Source: Actinomycetota bacterium (GTDB lineage Bacteria > Actinomycetota > Humimicrobiia > Humimicrobiales > Humimicrobiaceae). From it: 62,779 bases of DNA. This document shows, piece by piece, positions 19,879-30,482 of the stretch. Position 1 is the first letter of the stretch; the number at the start of each line of letters is the position of its first letter. The position numbers and the translations under genes are program-made. The stretch covers positions 1 to 62,779 of the forward strand of contig JAYEJA010000054.1 of the NCBI GenBank assembly GCA_034660395.1, written 5' to 3'. The notes beneath the pieces are model-generated. The model was not told where the DNA came from and did not search any database. It saw only the letters and a program-made list of their open reading frames with translations.

Positions 19879-20333
19879 TGAAATTCATTGCCGACATAAT
19901 GGTAGGAAAACTGGCGAGGTATCTACGAATAGCAGGTTATGACGTGCTGTATAAAAACACTGCAAGCGACGACCATATAGTAAAGGCAGCCGAAAAAACC
20001 GGAAGGGTTGTCCTCACCAGGGATACCCTCATGCTTGCAAGAAGGGGATTTAAAAACGGAAACATTAAATATCTGTGCATAGAAAATGATAATCTTAAAA
20101 ACCAGCTAAAGCAGGTTAAAAAGGAACTTAAAATTCCGCTTGAGCCCAACCTTATAAGGTGTATAGAATGCAACCATAAACTTCTAAAAGTAAAGAAGGA
20201 AGATGTCAGGGGTAAAGTGCCTCCTTATGTGTTTAAAACACAGAAAAACTTTATGTACTGTAAAAACTGCGATAAATACTACTGGAGGGGCACTCATTAC
20301 CAGAATATTAAAAAAATCTTTCTTAAAATATGA
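19878..20333 (+). CDS. Mut7-C RNase domain protein (PIN-like with Zn ribbon)
   Basis: FIADIMVGKLARYLRIAGYD, VLTRD, RCIECN, CKNCDKYYWRGTH. Confidence 0.9.
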   Translation: MKFIADIMVGKLARYLRIAGYDVLYKNTASDDHIVKAAEKTGRVVLTRDTLMLARRGFKNGNIKYLCIENDNLKNQLKQVKKELKIPLEPNLIRCIECNHKLLKVKKEDVRGKVPPYVFKTQKNFMYCKNCDKYYWRGTHYQNIKKIFLKI

Positions 20334-20449
20334 AAGTGATAAAATAATAATTTCAAATAGTATTTTTCACATTTAGACCTTATAATTCTCACAGGGCAAT
20401 GATTCTCTTTTGACCTGTTTATAACAGCTGATAGTATTTTTTTATAAAA

Positions 20450-21298
20450 TTGCCCGGGAGCATAATAATGGCTGGTAACCTGTTTAAGAAAATATCCGAC
20501 TTTTTTTATAGCGTTCCCCGGATTCTTTTTATAAATTTCTATAAACTCTTTACCAGGACAAAAATCTTCAATAAAAAAAGAATTCCTTCAGACAGGCCTG
20601 CAATATTTGCAATAAATCATTCCGCGGATGCCGACCCCTTAATACTTCTTGCAGCAACCAGAAAGAAGATATTTTTCCTTGCCGAAAGCGGAAAATTCGG
20701 AAACTGGATTTCCAATTTTTTCATGAGAAAACTTGCAAACTGCATTCCCATATTCAAAAATCAGTTTTTTAATAATATAAAAAGCTTCAAAGAGCTTTTA
20801 AGTATTCCAAAAGGAAAAAATGTTTTTTTTGGCATATTTCCCGAGGGTGAGCTTAATAAAAAAAATAAACTAAAAAGATTTAAAAGGGGCGCGGCATATT
20901 TCAGCTATAAAACCAAAATCCCTATAATTCCAGTCTATATGCATAATATGAATAAAGCCCCCGATAGCAAAAAATGGATATGGACCAACAGGATTTCAAG
21001 AGGCATAATCTCCCTTGTAAGGAATTCATTCAGGAAAATTCATATATTTATAGGAAAGCCGATTTATCCCATTGCAAAAAGTATAAAAGAAGACTTTAAA
21101 AAACTTGCAAAACCTGAAAATTTAAAGGATATCTTGAGCGATATTAATGAAGCGCTGGAAGATGAATTTTTCTCTCTTAAAAGCGAGGCCGATAATTTAT
21201 TTGGCTTTTCTAATGAAGAATATACTTCCGGGACTAATATGGTAGATGGCAGTCCGGAAGATAATCTTACTGAAACCACTAAGAAATTAAATACCTAG
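20450..21298 (+). CDS. plsC: 1-acyl-sn-glycerol-3-phosphate acyltransferase (PlsC-like)
   Basis: NHSADAD (NHxxxxD), IFPEG, FKRGAA and IPIIPV motifs. Confidence 0.8.
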   Translation: MPGSIIMAGNLFKKISDFFYSVPRILFINFYKLFTRTKIFNKKRIPSDRPAIFAINHSADADPLILLAATRKKIFFLAESGKFGNWISNFFMRKLANCIPIFKNQFFNNIKSFKELLSIPKGKNVFFGIFPEGELNKKNKLKRFKRGAAYFSYKTKIPIIPVYMHNMNKAPDSKKWIWTNRISRGIISLVRNSFRKIHIFIGKPIYPIAKSIKEDFKKLAKPENLKDILSDINEALEDEFFSLKSEADNLFGFSNEEYTSGTNMVDGSPEDNLTETTKKLNT

Positions 21299-21408
21299 CT
21301 AAGCCCTCTTCTTTCTGCTTTCCCTTAATTTGAATGGCATCTTATAAAAGCTGCTTTTTCCATCAGATAGAAAATTGCCGTAAAGAGAGTATAATCAAAG
21401 TTTTTTTA

Positions 21409-21449
21409 TTGACAAATGGTATTACCGTATTACAATATATACGTATTAC
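21409..21449 (+). promoter_or_regulatory. TA promoter TTGACA-16-TACAAT overlapped by three GTATTAC direct repeats
   Basis: GTATTAC at 21419, 21427 and 21443, on an 8-bp grid. Confidence 0.65.
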
Positions 21450-21478
21450 TGATAATATGAAATAAGGAGGCACCTATA

Positions 21479-21769
21479 TTGGCTGCAAATGAGGAACTTA
21501 TGACTAAAATTGTTAAACCATTATCCAGGGGTCAGATTACTATTCCGATAGAGTTCCGTAAGAAACTCGGAATTGGATCTAATACTATTCTAAATCTTGT
21601 TCTAAAAGGAAATAAAATAGAGATTACGCCCGCTGTAGTTCGTGAATTTAATGAGAATGAGCTAAGAGAATACACTGATAAGGAAATTTCCCAGTTTCTG
21701 CAAGATGATAAAATAGACAAAGATACAGCAAGAACTGTAAAAAGGCTTCTTTCCGAAAGGAAATTATAA
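21479..21769 (+). CDS. AbrB/MazE family antitoxin
   Basis: SD AAGGAGG then TTG; SRGQITIPIEFRKKLGI motif. Confidence 0.85.
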   Translation: MAANEELMTKIVKPLSRGQITIPIEFRKKLGIGSNTILNLVLKGNKIEITPAVVREFNENELREYTDKEISQFLQDDKIDKDTARTVKRLLSERKL

Positions 21770-21770
21770 T

Positions 21771-22214
21771 ATGCCTGGAAAGAAGAAAGCTTTTTTGGAT
21801 GCCTCTATTTTTGTTGCTGCAGCAGGGTCTTCCAGTGGTGGTTCTTCTTTAATTTTGGAAGTTTGCAGAGGGCTGCGCTTTTCTGCGGTCACAACCCGAA
21901 GGGTCCTTTTAGAGGCTCAGAGAAATATTCGAAAAAAGCTGCCTTCCGAATCTCTCCTTCGTTTCTATAAAGGAATAGCCAAACTTAATCCAGAGATTAT
22001 TGGACCAACAACTGAAGAAAAGCTAAGCCGGTATAATGATATTATCACTCTTAAGGACCGTCATGTACTCGCAGGCGCTCTTGAGAGTAAGTCTGCTTTT
22101 CTCATTACTCTGGACCGTAAACACTTTAAGGCAGAATCCATAAGGCAGGCAAACCTTTCGATAATCATCATGACACACAAAGAATTCTTAGAATTGGTAA
22201 AAAAATATAAATAA
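21771..22214 (+). CDS. PIN-domain (VapC-like) toxin
   Basis: AFLDASIF, VLLEAQRN, KDRHVLAGA and LITLDRKHF acidic PIN motifs. Confidence 0.88.
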   Translation: MPGKKKAFLDASIFVAAAGSSSGGSSLILEVCRGLRFSAVTTRRVLLEAQRNIRKKLPSESLLRFYKGIAKLNPEIIGPTTEEKLSRYNDIITLKDRHVLAGALESKSAFLITLDRKHFKAESIRQANLSIIIMTHKEFLELVKKYK

Positions 22215-22227
22215 AAATAAGAATTTT

Positions 22228-24822
22228 TTATTTCTTAACCTTAAAGCTAAGGACTCTTCCTTCGGGACCGGTTACGTCAACTTTTACAGTATCCCCTTCT
22301 TTTATCTCTCCATTTAGAAGTTTCAATGCCAGTACATTCTGGACTTCATTCTGGATAACCCTTTTCAAAGGTCTTGCACCGTAAACAGGGTCGAAACCTT
22401 CTTTTGCAAGGAGCTTCACAGCACCTGCACTCAATTCGAGTCCAAGCTTTTTATTCTTTAAAGTTTTTTTAAGGTTTTCGGCCTGTATCTCTACTATCTT
22501 GGTAATCTCATCAATACCAAGGCGATGGAATATAATTATGTCATCAACCCTGTTTAAGAATTCCGGCTTGAAGTTTTCCTTCATGGCTCCTGTAATTCTT
22601 TTTTTCATCTCTTCTTCATTTTTCTCGTCAATTTCCGTTATCCACTGGCTTCCGATATTGGAAGTCATTATAATAACCGTATTTTTAAAGTCAACGGTCC
22701 TGCCATGCCCATCCGTAAGCCGGCCGTCATCCATTATCTGCAGCAGTATATTGAAAACATCACCGTGAGCCTTCTCAATCTCATCCATAAGTATTACGCT
22801 GTAGGGCTTTCTTCTTACAGCTTCGGTTAAATATCCGCCTTCCTCATATCCAACATAACCGGGAGGAGCACCTATCAGCCGTGATACGGTATGCTTTTCC
22901 ATATACTCGGACATATCAATCCTTATCATCGCCCTTTCATCATCAAACAGGAACCCGGCAAGGGCTTTTGAAAGCTCCGTTTTCCCAACACCGGTAGGGC
23001 CAAGAAATATGAAAGAGCCAATCGGTCGGTTCGGGTCCTGAAGGCCCGCCCTTGCCCTCCTTATGGCATTTGATACCGCGGTTATGGCCTCATCCTGCCC
23101 TATTACTCTCTTCTTTAATCTATCCTCCATATTTACAAGTTTCTCAATCTCGGCTTCCATAAGCCGTGTAACGGGAATGCCGGTCCACTTGGAAACCGTT
23201 TCCGCTATATCTTCCTCATCCACCTCTTTTTTCAGCATTTTATTATCCTTCTGGAGCTCGCCGAGCTTCTTATTTTCTTTATCCAGCTTCTTCTTTAGCT
23301 CAAGGAGTTTCCCGTACTTTAATTCTGCCGCTTTCTGCAGGTCCGCGTCCCTTCCGGCATGTTCTGCTTCAATCTTCGTTTTTTCTGTTTCTTCTTTTAA
23401 TTCCCTTATATTTTTTATAATATCCTTTTCGTGCTGCCAGTGCGCCTTCATTGAATTTGACTTTTCCTTAAGGTCAGAAAGCTCTTTTTTTATCTTTTCC
23501 ATCCTGGAGGCGGAGGTCTTATCCTTTTCCTTTTTTAACGCCTGCACCTCTATTTCAAGCTGCTTTATTTTCCTTTCAACTTCATCAATTTCAGTGGGCA
23601 TGCTGTCAATTTCTATCCTCAGCCGGGAAGCGGCTTCATCTATAAGGTCTATTGCCTTATCGGGCAGGAACCTCTCTGATATATACCTGTCTGAAAGCAC
23701 TGCGGCAGCAATAAGGGCTGAATCCTTTATCCTTACTCCGTGATGAACCTCGTATCTTTCTCTGAGTCCCCTCAGTATTGATACGGTATCCTCCACTGAC
23801 GGCTCGTTTATCTGGATTGGCTGGAACCTTCTTTCCAGTGCGGCATCCTTCTCAATATGTTTTCTGTATTCATCAAGGGTTGTCGCTCCTATGGCGTGGA
23901 GCTCGCCGCGGGCAAGCATCGGCTTTAACATATTTGAGGCATCAACTGCGCCCTCTGCCGCTCCGGCGCCAACCACCGTATGCAGCTCATCCAGAAACAA
24001 AATTATATTTCCTTCCGCTTTTGCCACTTCCTTGAGCACCGCTTTCAACCTGTCCTCAAACTCGCCCCTGTACTTGGAACCTGCTATAAGGGAACCCATA
24101 TCAAGAGCTATCACCTTTTTATTTTTCAGTCCTTCCGGTATATCGCCGGATACGATTCTATTGGCAAGCCCCTCTACTATAGCAGTTTTTCCCACTCCGG
24201 GGTCCCCGATTAACACCGGATTATTTTTCGTCCTTCTTGACAGGACCTGGATCACCCTTCTTATTTCATCATCCCTGCCTATTACCGGGTCAAGCTTGCC
24301 TTTTCCTGCCAGTTCGGTAATATCCTTTCCGTACCTTTTAAGCGGCTGATATTTATCCTCCGGATTCTGGTCCGTTACCCTCTGGCTGCCCCTGATACTC
24401 ACAAGAATCTGGTATATTTTATCTTTGGTTACCCCTTCCTGCTTTAAAATCTTGTCTGCATCACTGTCGCTTGAGGAAAGAGCTATCAATATATGTTCTG
24501 TTGATACATATTCATCCTTTAACTGGCCGGCTTCACTGAGTGCGTTATTCAATATATTGTTAAGTTCTGGAGATATATATAATTGTGCAGACTGCCCACT
24601 TACCTTTGGCTGTTTTGCCAGCGCGTCCTCCACTTTACCTTCCAGCCGGTCAATATCAACCTCAAGTTTTTTCAGGATAGGGGTAATCATACCCTCTTTC
24701 CGCTTTAACATTGCAGAAAGAAGATGCACGTCGCCCACGCTCTGGTTGCCGTTTTCGGACGCTATTCTCTGCGCTTCCGATAATGCTTCCTGGGCTTTTA
24801 TTGTAAATTTATCCATTTGCAT
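22228..24822 (-). CDS. clpB: ATP-dependent disaggregase ClpB
   Basis: Two AAA+ modules ([16 protein letters not shown]) and a coiled-coil M domain; 864 aa. Confidence 0.97.
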   Translation of the reverse strand: MQMDKFTIKAQEALSEAQRIASENGNQSVGDVHLLSAMLKRKEGMITPILKKLEVDIDRLEGKVEDALAKQPKVSGQSAQLYISPELNNILNNALSEAGQLKDEYVSTEHILIALSSSDSDADKILKQEGVTKDKIYQILVSIRGSQRVTDQNPEDKYQPLKRYGKDITELAGKGKLDPVIGRDDEIRRVIQVLSRRTKNNPVLIGDPGVGKTAIVEGLANRIVSGDIPEGLKNKKVIALDMGSLIAGSKYRGEFEDRLKAVLKEVAKAEGNIILFLDELHTVVGAGAAEGAVDASNMLKPMLARGELHAIGATTLDEYRKHIEKDAALERRFQPIQINEPSVEDTVSILRGLRERYEVHHGVRIKDSALIAAAVLSDRYISERFLPDKAIDLIDEAASRLRIEIDSMPTEIDEVERKIKQLEIEVQALKKEKDKTSASRMEKIKKELSDLKEKSNSMKAHWQHEKDIIKNIRELKEETEKTKIEAEHAGRDADLQKAAELKYGKLLELKKKLDKENKKLGELQKDNKMLKKEVDEEDIAETVSKWTGIPVTRLMEAEIEKLVNMEDRLKKRVIGQDEAITAVSNAIRRARAGLQDPNRPIGSFIFLGPTGVGKTELSKALAGFLFDDERAMIRIDMSEYMEKHTVSRLIGAPPGYVGYEEGGYLTEAVRRKPYSVILMDEIEKAHGDVFNILLQIMDDGRLTDGHGRTVDFKNTVIIMTSNIGSQWITEIDEKNEEEMKKRITGAMKENFKPEFLNRVDDIIIFHRLGIDEITKIVEIQAENLKKTLKNKKLGLELSAGAVKLLAKEGFDPVYGARPLKRVIQNEVQNVLALKLLNGEIKEGDTVKVDVTGPEGRVLSFKVKK

Positions 24823-24891
24823 TTATTTTAACTCCTGCATTTATATTTTAATCAAATTTCCGGATTTATAAATAAAGGCCAGAACCCATAA

Positions 24892-25884
24892 TCAGACAAT
24901 TATACCGGCTCTCGGGTTTTCTTTATAACTTTCCGCAAACTTATCAAAATTCTTTTTCTGCGCCTCCGTCAAATTTTCAGGCAGCACAATCTTAATCCTT
25001 GCATAAATATCGCCCTGACCGCCGCCCTTCAAATCCGGCATTCCTTTTCCTCTAATCCTTAACTTTTTGCCCGACTGCGTCTTCGGGGGAACCTTTACAA
25101 CGATATTGCCATCAAAAGTCGGTACATCTATCTTTGAGCCGTAATAGGCCTCCTTTATGGTAACCGGTATATCGCAATAAAGGTCGCTGCCCTTCCTGTC
25201 AAAGAAATTGTGTTCGGCTACATTTACCACCAGATATAAATCCCCGTTCGGGCCTCCTGCCGGTGACTTTTCACCTTCCCCGGCTATTCTTATCTTATCC
25301 CCTTCTTTTATCCCCCGGGGTATCTTTACATCAATCGTCCTTGCCTTTCCGCCCTTTTGCATCCTGAAGGACCTACAGGTTCCCGTATAAGCCTCCCTTA
25401 GAGATATACTGAGACTGGACTGCATATCCCGTCCCTTTTGAGGTGCGCCTCCCGCTCTTCCTCCAAACTGCGAACCGAATCCGGAAGAGAAGTCGGAGTA
25501 TCTGCTATTTGCGCCTCTACCGAAGAACATCTCGAAAAAATCAGAAAATCCGCTGTTTAAATCCTCGAAATTAAAACCTTTTCCTCCAAAATCATAGGTG
25601 TAAGTTCTCCTTCCGCCCTGGCCGCCCGGCCAGCCCCCTGCGCCTGAATTTGCATACTGTTTCCAGTTCGCACCCAGCTGGTCATACCTTGACCTCTTCT
25701 GGGGGTCCTTAAGCACTTCATACGCCTCGCCTATTTCCTTAAATTTTTCTTCTGCTTTAGGATTATCCGGATTCGCATCAGGATGATATTTCCTCGCCAG
25801 CTTTCTGTATGCCTTCTTTATATTATCCTGGGAGGCACTTTTATCCACACTTAAAACTTTATAATAATCCTTATATTCAACCAT
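24892..25884 (-). CDS. DnaJ-family cochaperone without Zn finger (CbpA-like)
   Basis: J domain with YHPD, G/F-rich linker, DnaJ C-terminal domain, no CxxCxGxG repeats. Confidence 0.9.
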   Translation of the reverse strand: MVEYKDYYKVLSVDKSASQDNIKKAYRKLARKYHPDANPDNPKAEEKFKEIGEAYEVLKDPQKRSRYDQLGANWKQYANSGAGGWPGGQGGRRTYTYDFGGKGFNFEDLNSGFSDFFEMFFGRGANSRYSDFSSGFGSQFGGRAGGAPQKGRDMQSSLSISLREAYTGTCRSFRMQKGGKARTIDVKIPRGIKEGDKIRIAGEGEKSPAGGPNGDLYLVVNVAEHNFFDRKGSDLYCDIPVTIKEAYYGSKIDVPTFDGNIVVKVPPKTQSGKKLRIRGKGMPDLKGGGQGDIYARIKIVLPENLTEAQKKNFDKFAESYKENPRAGIIV

Positions 25885-25913
25885 TCAAATCCACCTTTTA
25901 TATTTATAAGTAT

Positions 25914-25948
25914 ACTGCCCATAACCTTAAGTTTAAGTTATGGGCAGT
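25914..25948. terminator. Hairpin between hsp20 and the dnaJ-like gene (terminator or mRNA stabiliser)
   Basis: ACTGCCCATAAC-N11-GTTATGGGCAGT; only a weak U-tract on the coding strand. Confidence 0.55.
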
Positions 25949-25986
25949 TTATTCTATGATTATCCTAAAAACCTGCTGCAGCAACC

Positions 25987-26424
25987 TTACTCGCCGCTTA
26001 CAGCAATTTTTTTAGGTTTCTTTGCTTCTGCTTTAGGCAGAGTTATTTCCAGCACGCCATCTTTGTAAGTAGCTTTAATCTCGTCAGCTTTTACCGGAAT
26101 CCCGATATTAAACGACCTGTAGAAAGACCCATAGCTTCTTTCCACTCTGACATAATCCTTATCTTTTTCCTCTTTCTCTTCTTTTCTTTCACCTTTGATT
26201 ATCAGCTTGTCTTCATCTACCGATACATCGGTATCTTCCAATTTCATTCCCGGCAAATCTGCCTTAATCTGTATCTTCTTATCTGTTTCTTTAATATCTA
26301 CATCAGGAGCCCATATTGCCGACTTCCTGCTCTTACCTTTTTCAACATCTCCTTCAAACCATCTGCCTATCTCGTCACGAAGCTGAATCATATCACTAAA
26401 CGGATCCCATCTTACTACTGGCAT
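25987..26424 (-). CDS. Hsp20/alpha-crystallin small heat-shock protein
   Basis: WDPF N-terminus, PDVDIKET, DLPGM, ERSYGSFYRSF, YKDGVLEITLPK. Confidence 0.95.
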   Translation of the reverse strand: MPVVRWDPFSDMIQLRDEIGRWFEGDVEKGKSRKSAIWAPDVDIKETDKKIQIKADLPGMKLEDTDVSVDEDKLIIKGERKEEKEEKDKDYVRVERSYGSFYRSFNIGIPVKADEIKATYKDGVLEITLPKAEAKKPKKIAVSGE

Positions 26425-26467
26425 ATAAATCCGCCTCCTTTTAAAATAGGTTTATGCCTATCATGAT

Positions 26468-28426
26468 TTACTTTTCCTTCTTATCTTCGTCATCTTTTGC
26501 TTCAAATTCAGCATCAATTACATCTTCGTCGCTGTCTTTTTTCTTACTTCCCTGCTGCTGTCCTCCTGCTCCGCCGGCATCACCGGCTCCTGCTCCGGGA
26601 CCGCCGCTTCCGGCACCCTGTCCGGCGCCTGCCTGCGAGTAGAGCTTCTGTGACAGCTCATTCTGCAGAGTCTGTAACTTTTCTATTTCTTTATTTATTT
26701 CATCAACATTTTCTTTTTCCCTGCTCTTCTTAAGAACTTCTACCTGGTCTTCTATTTTTTTCTTCATATCCCCGGGAACTTTATTCCCGACATCTTTAAT
26801 CAGCTTCTCCGTGGAATAAACCAGATTATCGGCGTTATTCCTCGCATCAACCAGTCCTCTTTTCTTCTTGTCTTCCTCTGCATGTTCCTCTGCTTCCTTA
26901 ACCATTTTATCAATTTCTTCATCAGACAGATGCGATGTTGCAGTAATTGTAATTTTCTGCTCCTTGCCTGTAGCAGTATCCTTTGCAGAAACGTTTACAA
27001 TTCCATTCGCATCAATATCAAATGTAACCTCTATCTGGGGAATCCCCCTCGGCGCAGGCGGTATTCCGTCAAGCCTGAAACGGCCTATCGTTTTATTGTC
27101 GCCTGCCATATCTCTCTCTCCCTGAAGTACATGGATATCTACACTTGTCTGGTTTTCTGCAGCAGTTGTGAATACCTCGCTCTTTTTAGTCGGTATGGTC
27201 GTATTCTTCTCAATCAACTTTGTCATCACCCCGCCAAGAGTCTCAATTCCGAGTGACAGGGGAGTTACATCCAGAAGTACAACGTCTTTAACGTCTCCTT
27301 TTAATACTCCTCCCTGTATTGCTGCTCCAACTGCTACTACTTCATCAGGGTTAACACTTTTATTCGGGTCTTTTCCTGTAAATTCCTTTACCATCTTCTG
27401 AATAACAGGCATCCTGGTTGCTCCACCAACAAGTATTACTTCATCTATATCGCCTGACTTAAGCCCGGAATCCTTTAAAGCTTTTTCAAGGGGCTCCTTA
27501 CATCTGTTTGTAAGGTCCGCAGTCAGCTGCTCAAACTTTGCCCTTGTTATCTTTACCTCGAGATGCTTTGGTCCACTAGCATCAGCAGTTATAAACGGAA
27601 GATTTATATTCGTTTCCGTAACGGAAGACAGTTCCACCTTCGCCTTTTCCGATGCCTCTATAAGTCTCTGGAGTGCCTGCCTGTCCTTCCTCAAATCGAT
27701 TCCCTGTTCCTTGTTGAATTCATCGGCGACATAATTCATAATCCTGTCATTATAATCGTCACCTCCGAGGTGCATATCACCGTGGCTTGCCTTTACTTCG
27801 AATACTCCTTCACCTACTTCCAGTATGGACACGTCGAAAGTTCCGCCGCCAAGGTCAAATACCAGTATTTTTTCTTCTTCCTCTTTATCCAGTCCGTAGG
27901 CAAGCGATGCAGCAGTCGGCTCGTTTATTATCCTTAAGACATTAAGCCCTGCAATTTTACCTGCATTCTTGGTTGCCTGCCTCTGTGCATCATTAAAATA
28001 CGCAGGAACGGTAATCACGGCATCCGTTACCTTGTCCCCGATATAGCTTTCGGCATCTGCCTTAAGCTTCTGAAGTACCATTGCAGATACTTCTTCAGGA
28101 GTATAGCTCTTATCTCCCATTTCTACCTCTACAAGACTGTTCCTGCCTTTCTTTACACCATAGGATACTATTTTTCTTTCGCTCTCAACTTCATTATATT
28201 TTCTTCCAATAAACCTCTTAATAGAATAAACGGTATTTTCAGGATTCAGCGCTGCCTGCCTTTTTGCCAGCTGGCCCACCAGTCTTTCACCTTTTTTAGT
28301 TATACCCACAACAGATGGAGTGGTCCTGTTGCCCTCGCTGTTAGTTATAACAGTGGGCTTGCCGCCTTCCATAACTGCTATACACGAATTAGTTGTTCCC
28401 AGGTCAATTCCTACCGCTTTTGACAT
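26468..28426 (-). CDS. dnaK: Chaperone DnaK (Hsp70)
   Basis: [27 protein letters not shown] and DVIDAEF motifs. Confidence 0.98.
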   Translation of the reverse strand: MSKAVGIDLGTTNSCIAVMEGGKPTVITNSEGNRTTPSVVGITKKGERLVGQLAKRQAALNPENTVYSIKRFIGRKYNEVESERKIVSYGVKKGRNSLVEVEMGDKSYTPEEVSAMVLQKLKADAESYIGDKVTDAVITVPAYFNDAQRQATKNAGKIAGLNVLRIINEPTAASLAYGLDKEEEEKILVFDLGGGTFDVSILEVGEGVFEVKASHGDMHLGGDDYNDRIMNYVADEFNKEQGIDLRKDRQALQRLIEASEKAKVELSSVTETNINLPFITADASGPKHLEVKITRAKFEQLTADLTNRCKEPLEKALKDSGLKSGDIDEVILVGGATRMPVIQKMVKEFTGKDPNKSVNPDEVVAVGAAIQGGVLKGDVKDVVLLDVTPLSLGIETLGGVMTKLIEKNTTIPTKKSEVFTTAAENQTSVDIHVLQGERDMAGDNKTIGRFRLDGIPPAPRGIPQIEVTFDIDANGIVNVSAKDTATGKEQKITITATSHLSDEEIDKMVKEAEEHAEEDKKKRGLVDARNNADNLVYSTEKLIKDVGNKVPGDMKKKIEDQVEVLKKSREKENVDEINKEIEKLQTLQNELSQKLYSQAGAGQGAGSGGPGAGAGDAGGAGGQQQGSKKKDSDEDVIDAEFEAKDDEDKKEK

Positions 28427-28504
28427 AATATATACATCCTTTCTAAAATAATTTCTTTTTACAATTTAACCGTGCTAAATAACCCATTAATTCTCTATTA
28501 CATC

Positions 28505-28825
28505 CTAATGCCTTATATGCATCAGGTAATTTTTAAAACAATTAACGACATCATCCGGGCACTTGCCCAGTACCACGTTATCTCTTCTTTTTATAAGTAT
28601 TATTATTGACTTCAGGTTCATGCCCTCCTCATACATAAGCTCCCTCATATACTTGAGCCATCTTATATCCGCCTTTGAATAATATCTTTTTCTGCCTCTC
28701 CTCATGGGATAAACCAGCCTAAACTTCTCGTAATAGTACAGTGTCCTGCTGTTTACACCCAGAAATTCGGCTACCAGCTCTATCGGATAACTTTTATCAT
28801 TTTCGTCAAACAACAATACCACCAA
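28505..28825 (-). CDS. MerR-family, HspR-like heat-shock regulator
   Basis: YPIELVAEFLGVNSRTLYYYEK..RRYYS.ADI..EGMNL; first gene of the chaperone operon. Confidence 0.75.
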   Translation of the reverse strand: MVVLLFDENDKSYPIELVAEFLGVNSRTLYYYEKFRLVYPMRRGRKRYYSKADIRWLKYMRELMYEEGMNLKSIIILIKRRDNVVLGKCPDDVVNCFKNYLMHIRH

Positions 28826-28840
28826 CCTTATGGCTACTTA

Positions 28841-28869
28841 ATTTTATTAGAACGAAACGTTACTGTCAA
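28841..28869 (-). promoter_or_regulatory. Sigma70-type promoter of the chaperone operon
   Basis: TTGACA-17-TAAAAT; AACG-AAA-CGTT dyad in the spacer (28851-28861). Confidence 0.75.
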
Positions 28870-29021
28870 GTATTATTATAATGGATTTTATTATTTATGC
28901 AAATTTATTTTTCACTTTAAAGTAAAAATGTTTTTACTTATGCAATTATATGTAAAAAAGGGAAATACATCATTCTACTAAATGTTACTTGAGGTTTTCT
29001 TTTTGAAGTGCCTATTTTTAT

Positions 29022-30482
29022 CTAATTTTTCTTATTTTTCAGTATTTCAATAAAAACTTTTGCTATTTTTGGGTCAAACTGGGTGCCGCTGTACTTTTTT
29101 ATTTCCTTTATTGCCTGGGCCTCTGTCATTTTTTTACAGTACGGCCTGTCACTCCTCATGGCATCGTAAGCATTTATAATAAACGAAATTCTTGACAGTA
29201 CCGGGATCTTCTCGCCTTTTATTCCCTTCGGATACCCGCTTCCGTTGTACCATTCATGATGGGAGAGTATTGCTTCTGCTATGGTCCTTAATTTAGGAGA
29301 TGATTTAGCAATACGGTATCCAATTTCGGGAATCTCTTTCACTATTTCCCATTCTTCCCTGGTCAGTCTCCCCTTTTTGGACATAATTTCATCAACAAGC
29401 GCAAGCTTTCCTATATTATGAAGATTTAGAAGCAGTTTTAGCTCTTCAAGCTTTACAGGGGAAAGATTTAATTTTTTGCCCAGAAGAACTGCAAATTCCT
29501 CCTTTTTATCACCAGTATCACTACTCCGGCTATCTTTTTTTAAGCTTTCCTTAAGTGACTCTACCAGACTTTCATGAACGGATTTGCTGTCCGATATTTT
29601 AATTTTATACATTTTACTTTCGGCTTCTTTTATTACATCACTTATTCTTTTTTCAGGGGACTTCTTTGTTGAAACCCCCAGGGATATACTTAAGGGTAGT
29701 TTAGTTGTGCTATTCTTTTTACATAGAGCTTTTATTCTTTTTATTATACTGGAAACATCTTTCATGGCGGTCCTGGGAAGTATGACTATAAACTCATCTC
29801 CTCCCCATCTCGATATTATATCTTCCTTCCTGAAGGTTCCCTTTAGAATATTTGCTATTTTTTTTAAGAGTATATCTCCTTTTTCATGCCCGTAGGCGTC
29901 ATTTATTACTTTCAGACCATTTACGTCTCCCATTACCATGCTGAGCGGAAGCTGCCTCTCCGTATCCAGCCTTCTTAATTCCTCTTCAAAATATGCCCTG
30001 TTGTACAGGCCGGTAAGGGTATCATGAAAGGACAGGTATTCTATTTTATCTTCTGCCTTTTTTCTGTCTGTTATATCCCTTGCTATGCCCAGTATTCCTA
30101 TTATATTCCCATTCTTATCACGCCATGGAGTTTTGGTTATAGCAATCCATCTGTCTTCTCTATCCATGTAGGTTTCCCTGTATTCCACGTCAACAATGGG
30201 TTTACCAGTTTTTATTATATTTTGTTCATCACCGTATGCTATCTCCGCCATATCCTTTCCAAAAAAATCAAAATCCGTTTTGCCCGCTGCATCATCCGGA
30301 TTGTTCAGACCTATTTTTTCAGCAGTAGCTTTGTTAATTTTTACAAACCGGCCGGCTCTGTCTTTAAAATAAATTGAGTCAGGGATATTATCCATAAGTG
30401 CCTTTAGAAAGGATATTTCTTTTTTTACACCAGGAGACAAATCACTTTTTTTCTTCCTTTTATTCATCATTGTTTTCCCCAC
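29022..30482 (-). CDS. PAS-GGDEF-HD-GYP signalling protein (HD-GYP degenerate)
   Basis: PAS (IYFKDRAGRF...GILGIARDIT), RKED I-site, GGDEF intact; HD appears as HN; GSGYP. Confidence 0.9.
   Translation of the reverse strand: MGKTMMNKRKKKSDLSPGVKKEISFLKALMDNIPDSIYFKDRAGRFVKINKATAEKIGLNNPDDAAGKTDFDFFGKDMAEIAYGDEQNIIKTGKPIVDVEYRETYMDREDRWIAITKTPWRDKNGNIIGILGIARDITDRKKAEDKIEYLSFHDTLTGLYNRAYFEEELRRLDTERQLPLSMVMGDVNGLKVINDAYGHEKGDILLKKIANILKGTFRKEDIISRWGGDEFIVILPRTAMKDVSSIIKRIKALCKKNSTTKLPLSISLGVSTKKSPEKRISDVIKEAESKMYKIKISDSKSVHESLVESLKESLKKDSRSSDTGDKKEEFAVLLGKKLNLSPVKLEELKLLLNLHNIGKLALVDEIMSKKGRLTREEWEIVKEIPEIGYRIAKSSPKLRTIAEAILSHHEWYNGSGYPKGIKGEKIPVLSRISFIINAYDAMRSDRPYCKKMTEAQAIKEIKKYSGTQFDPKIAKVFIEILKNKKN

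Noticed and set aside
28826-29021. HAIR or CIRCE heat-shock operators
   Set aside because: Neither CTTGAGT-N7-ACTCAAG nor TTAGCACTC-N9-GAGTGCTAA is present.
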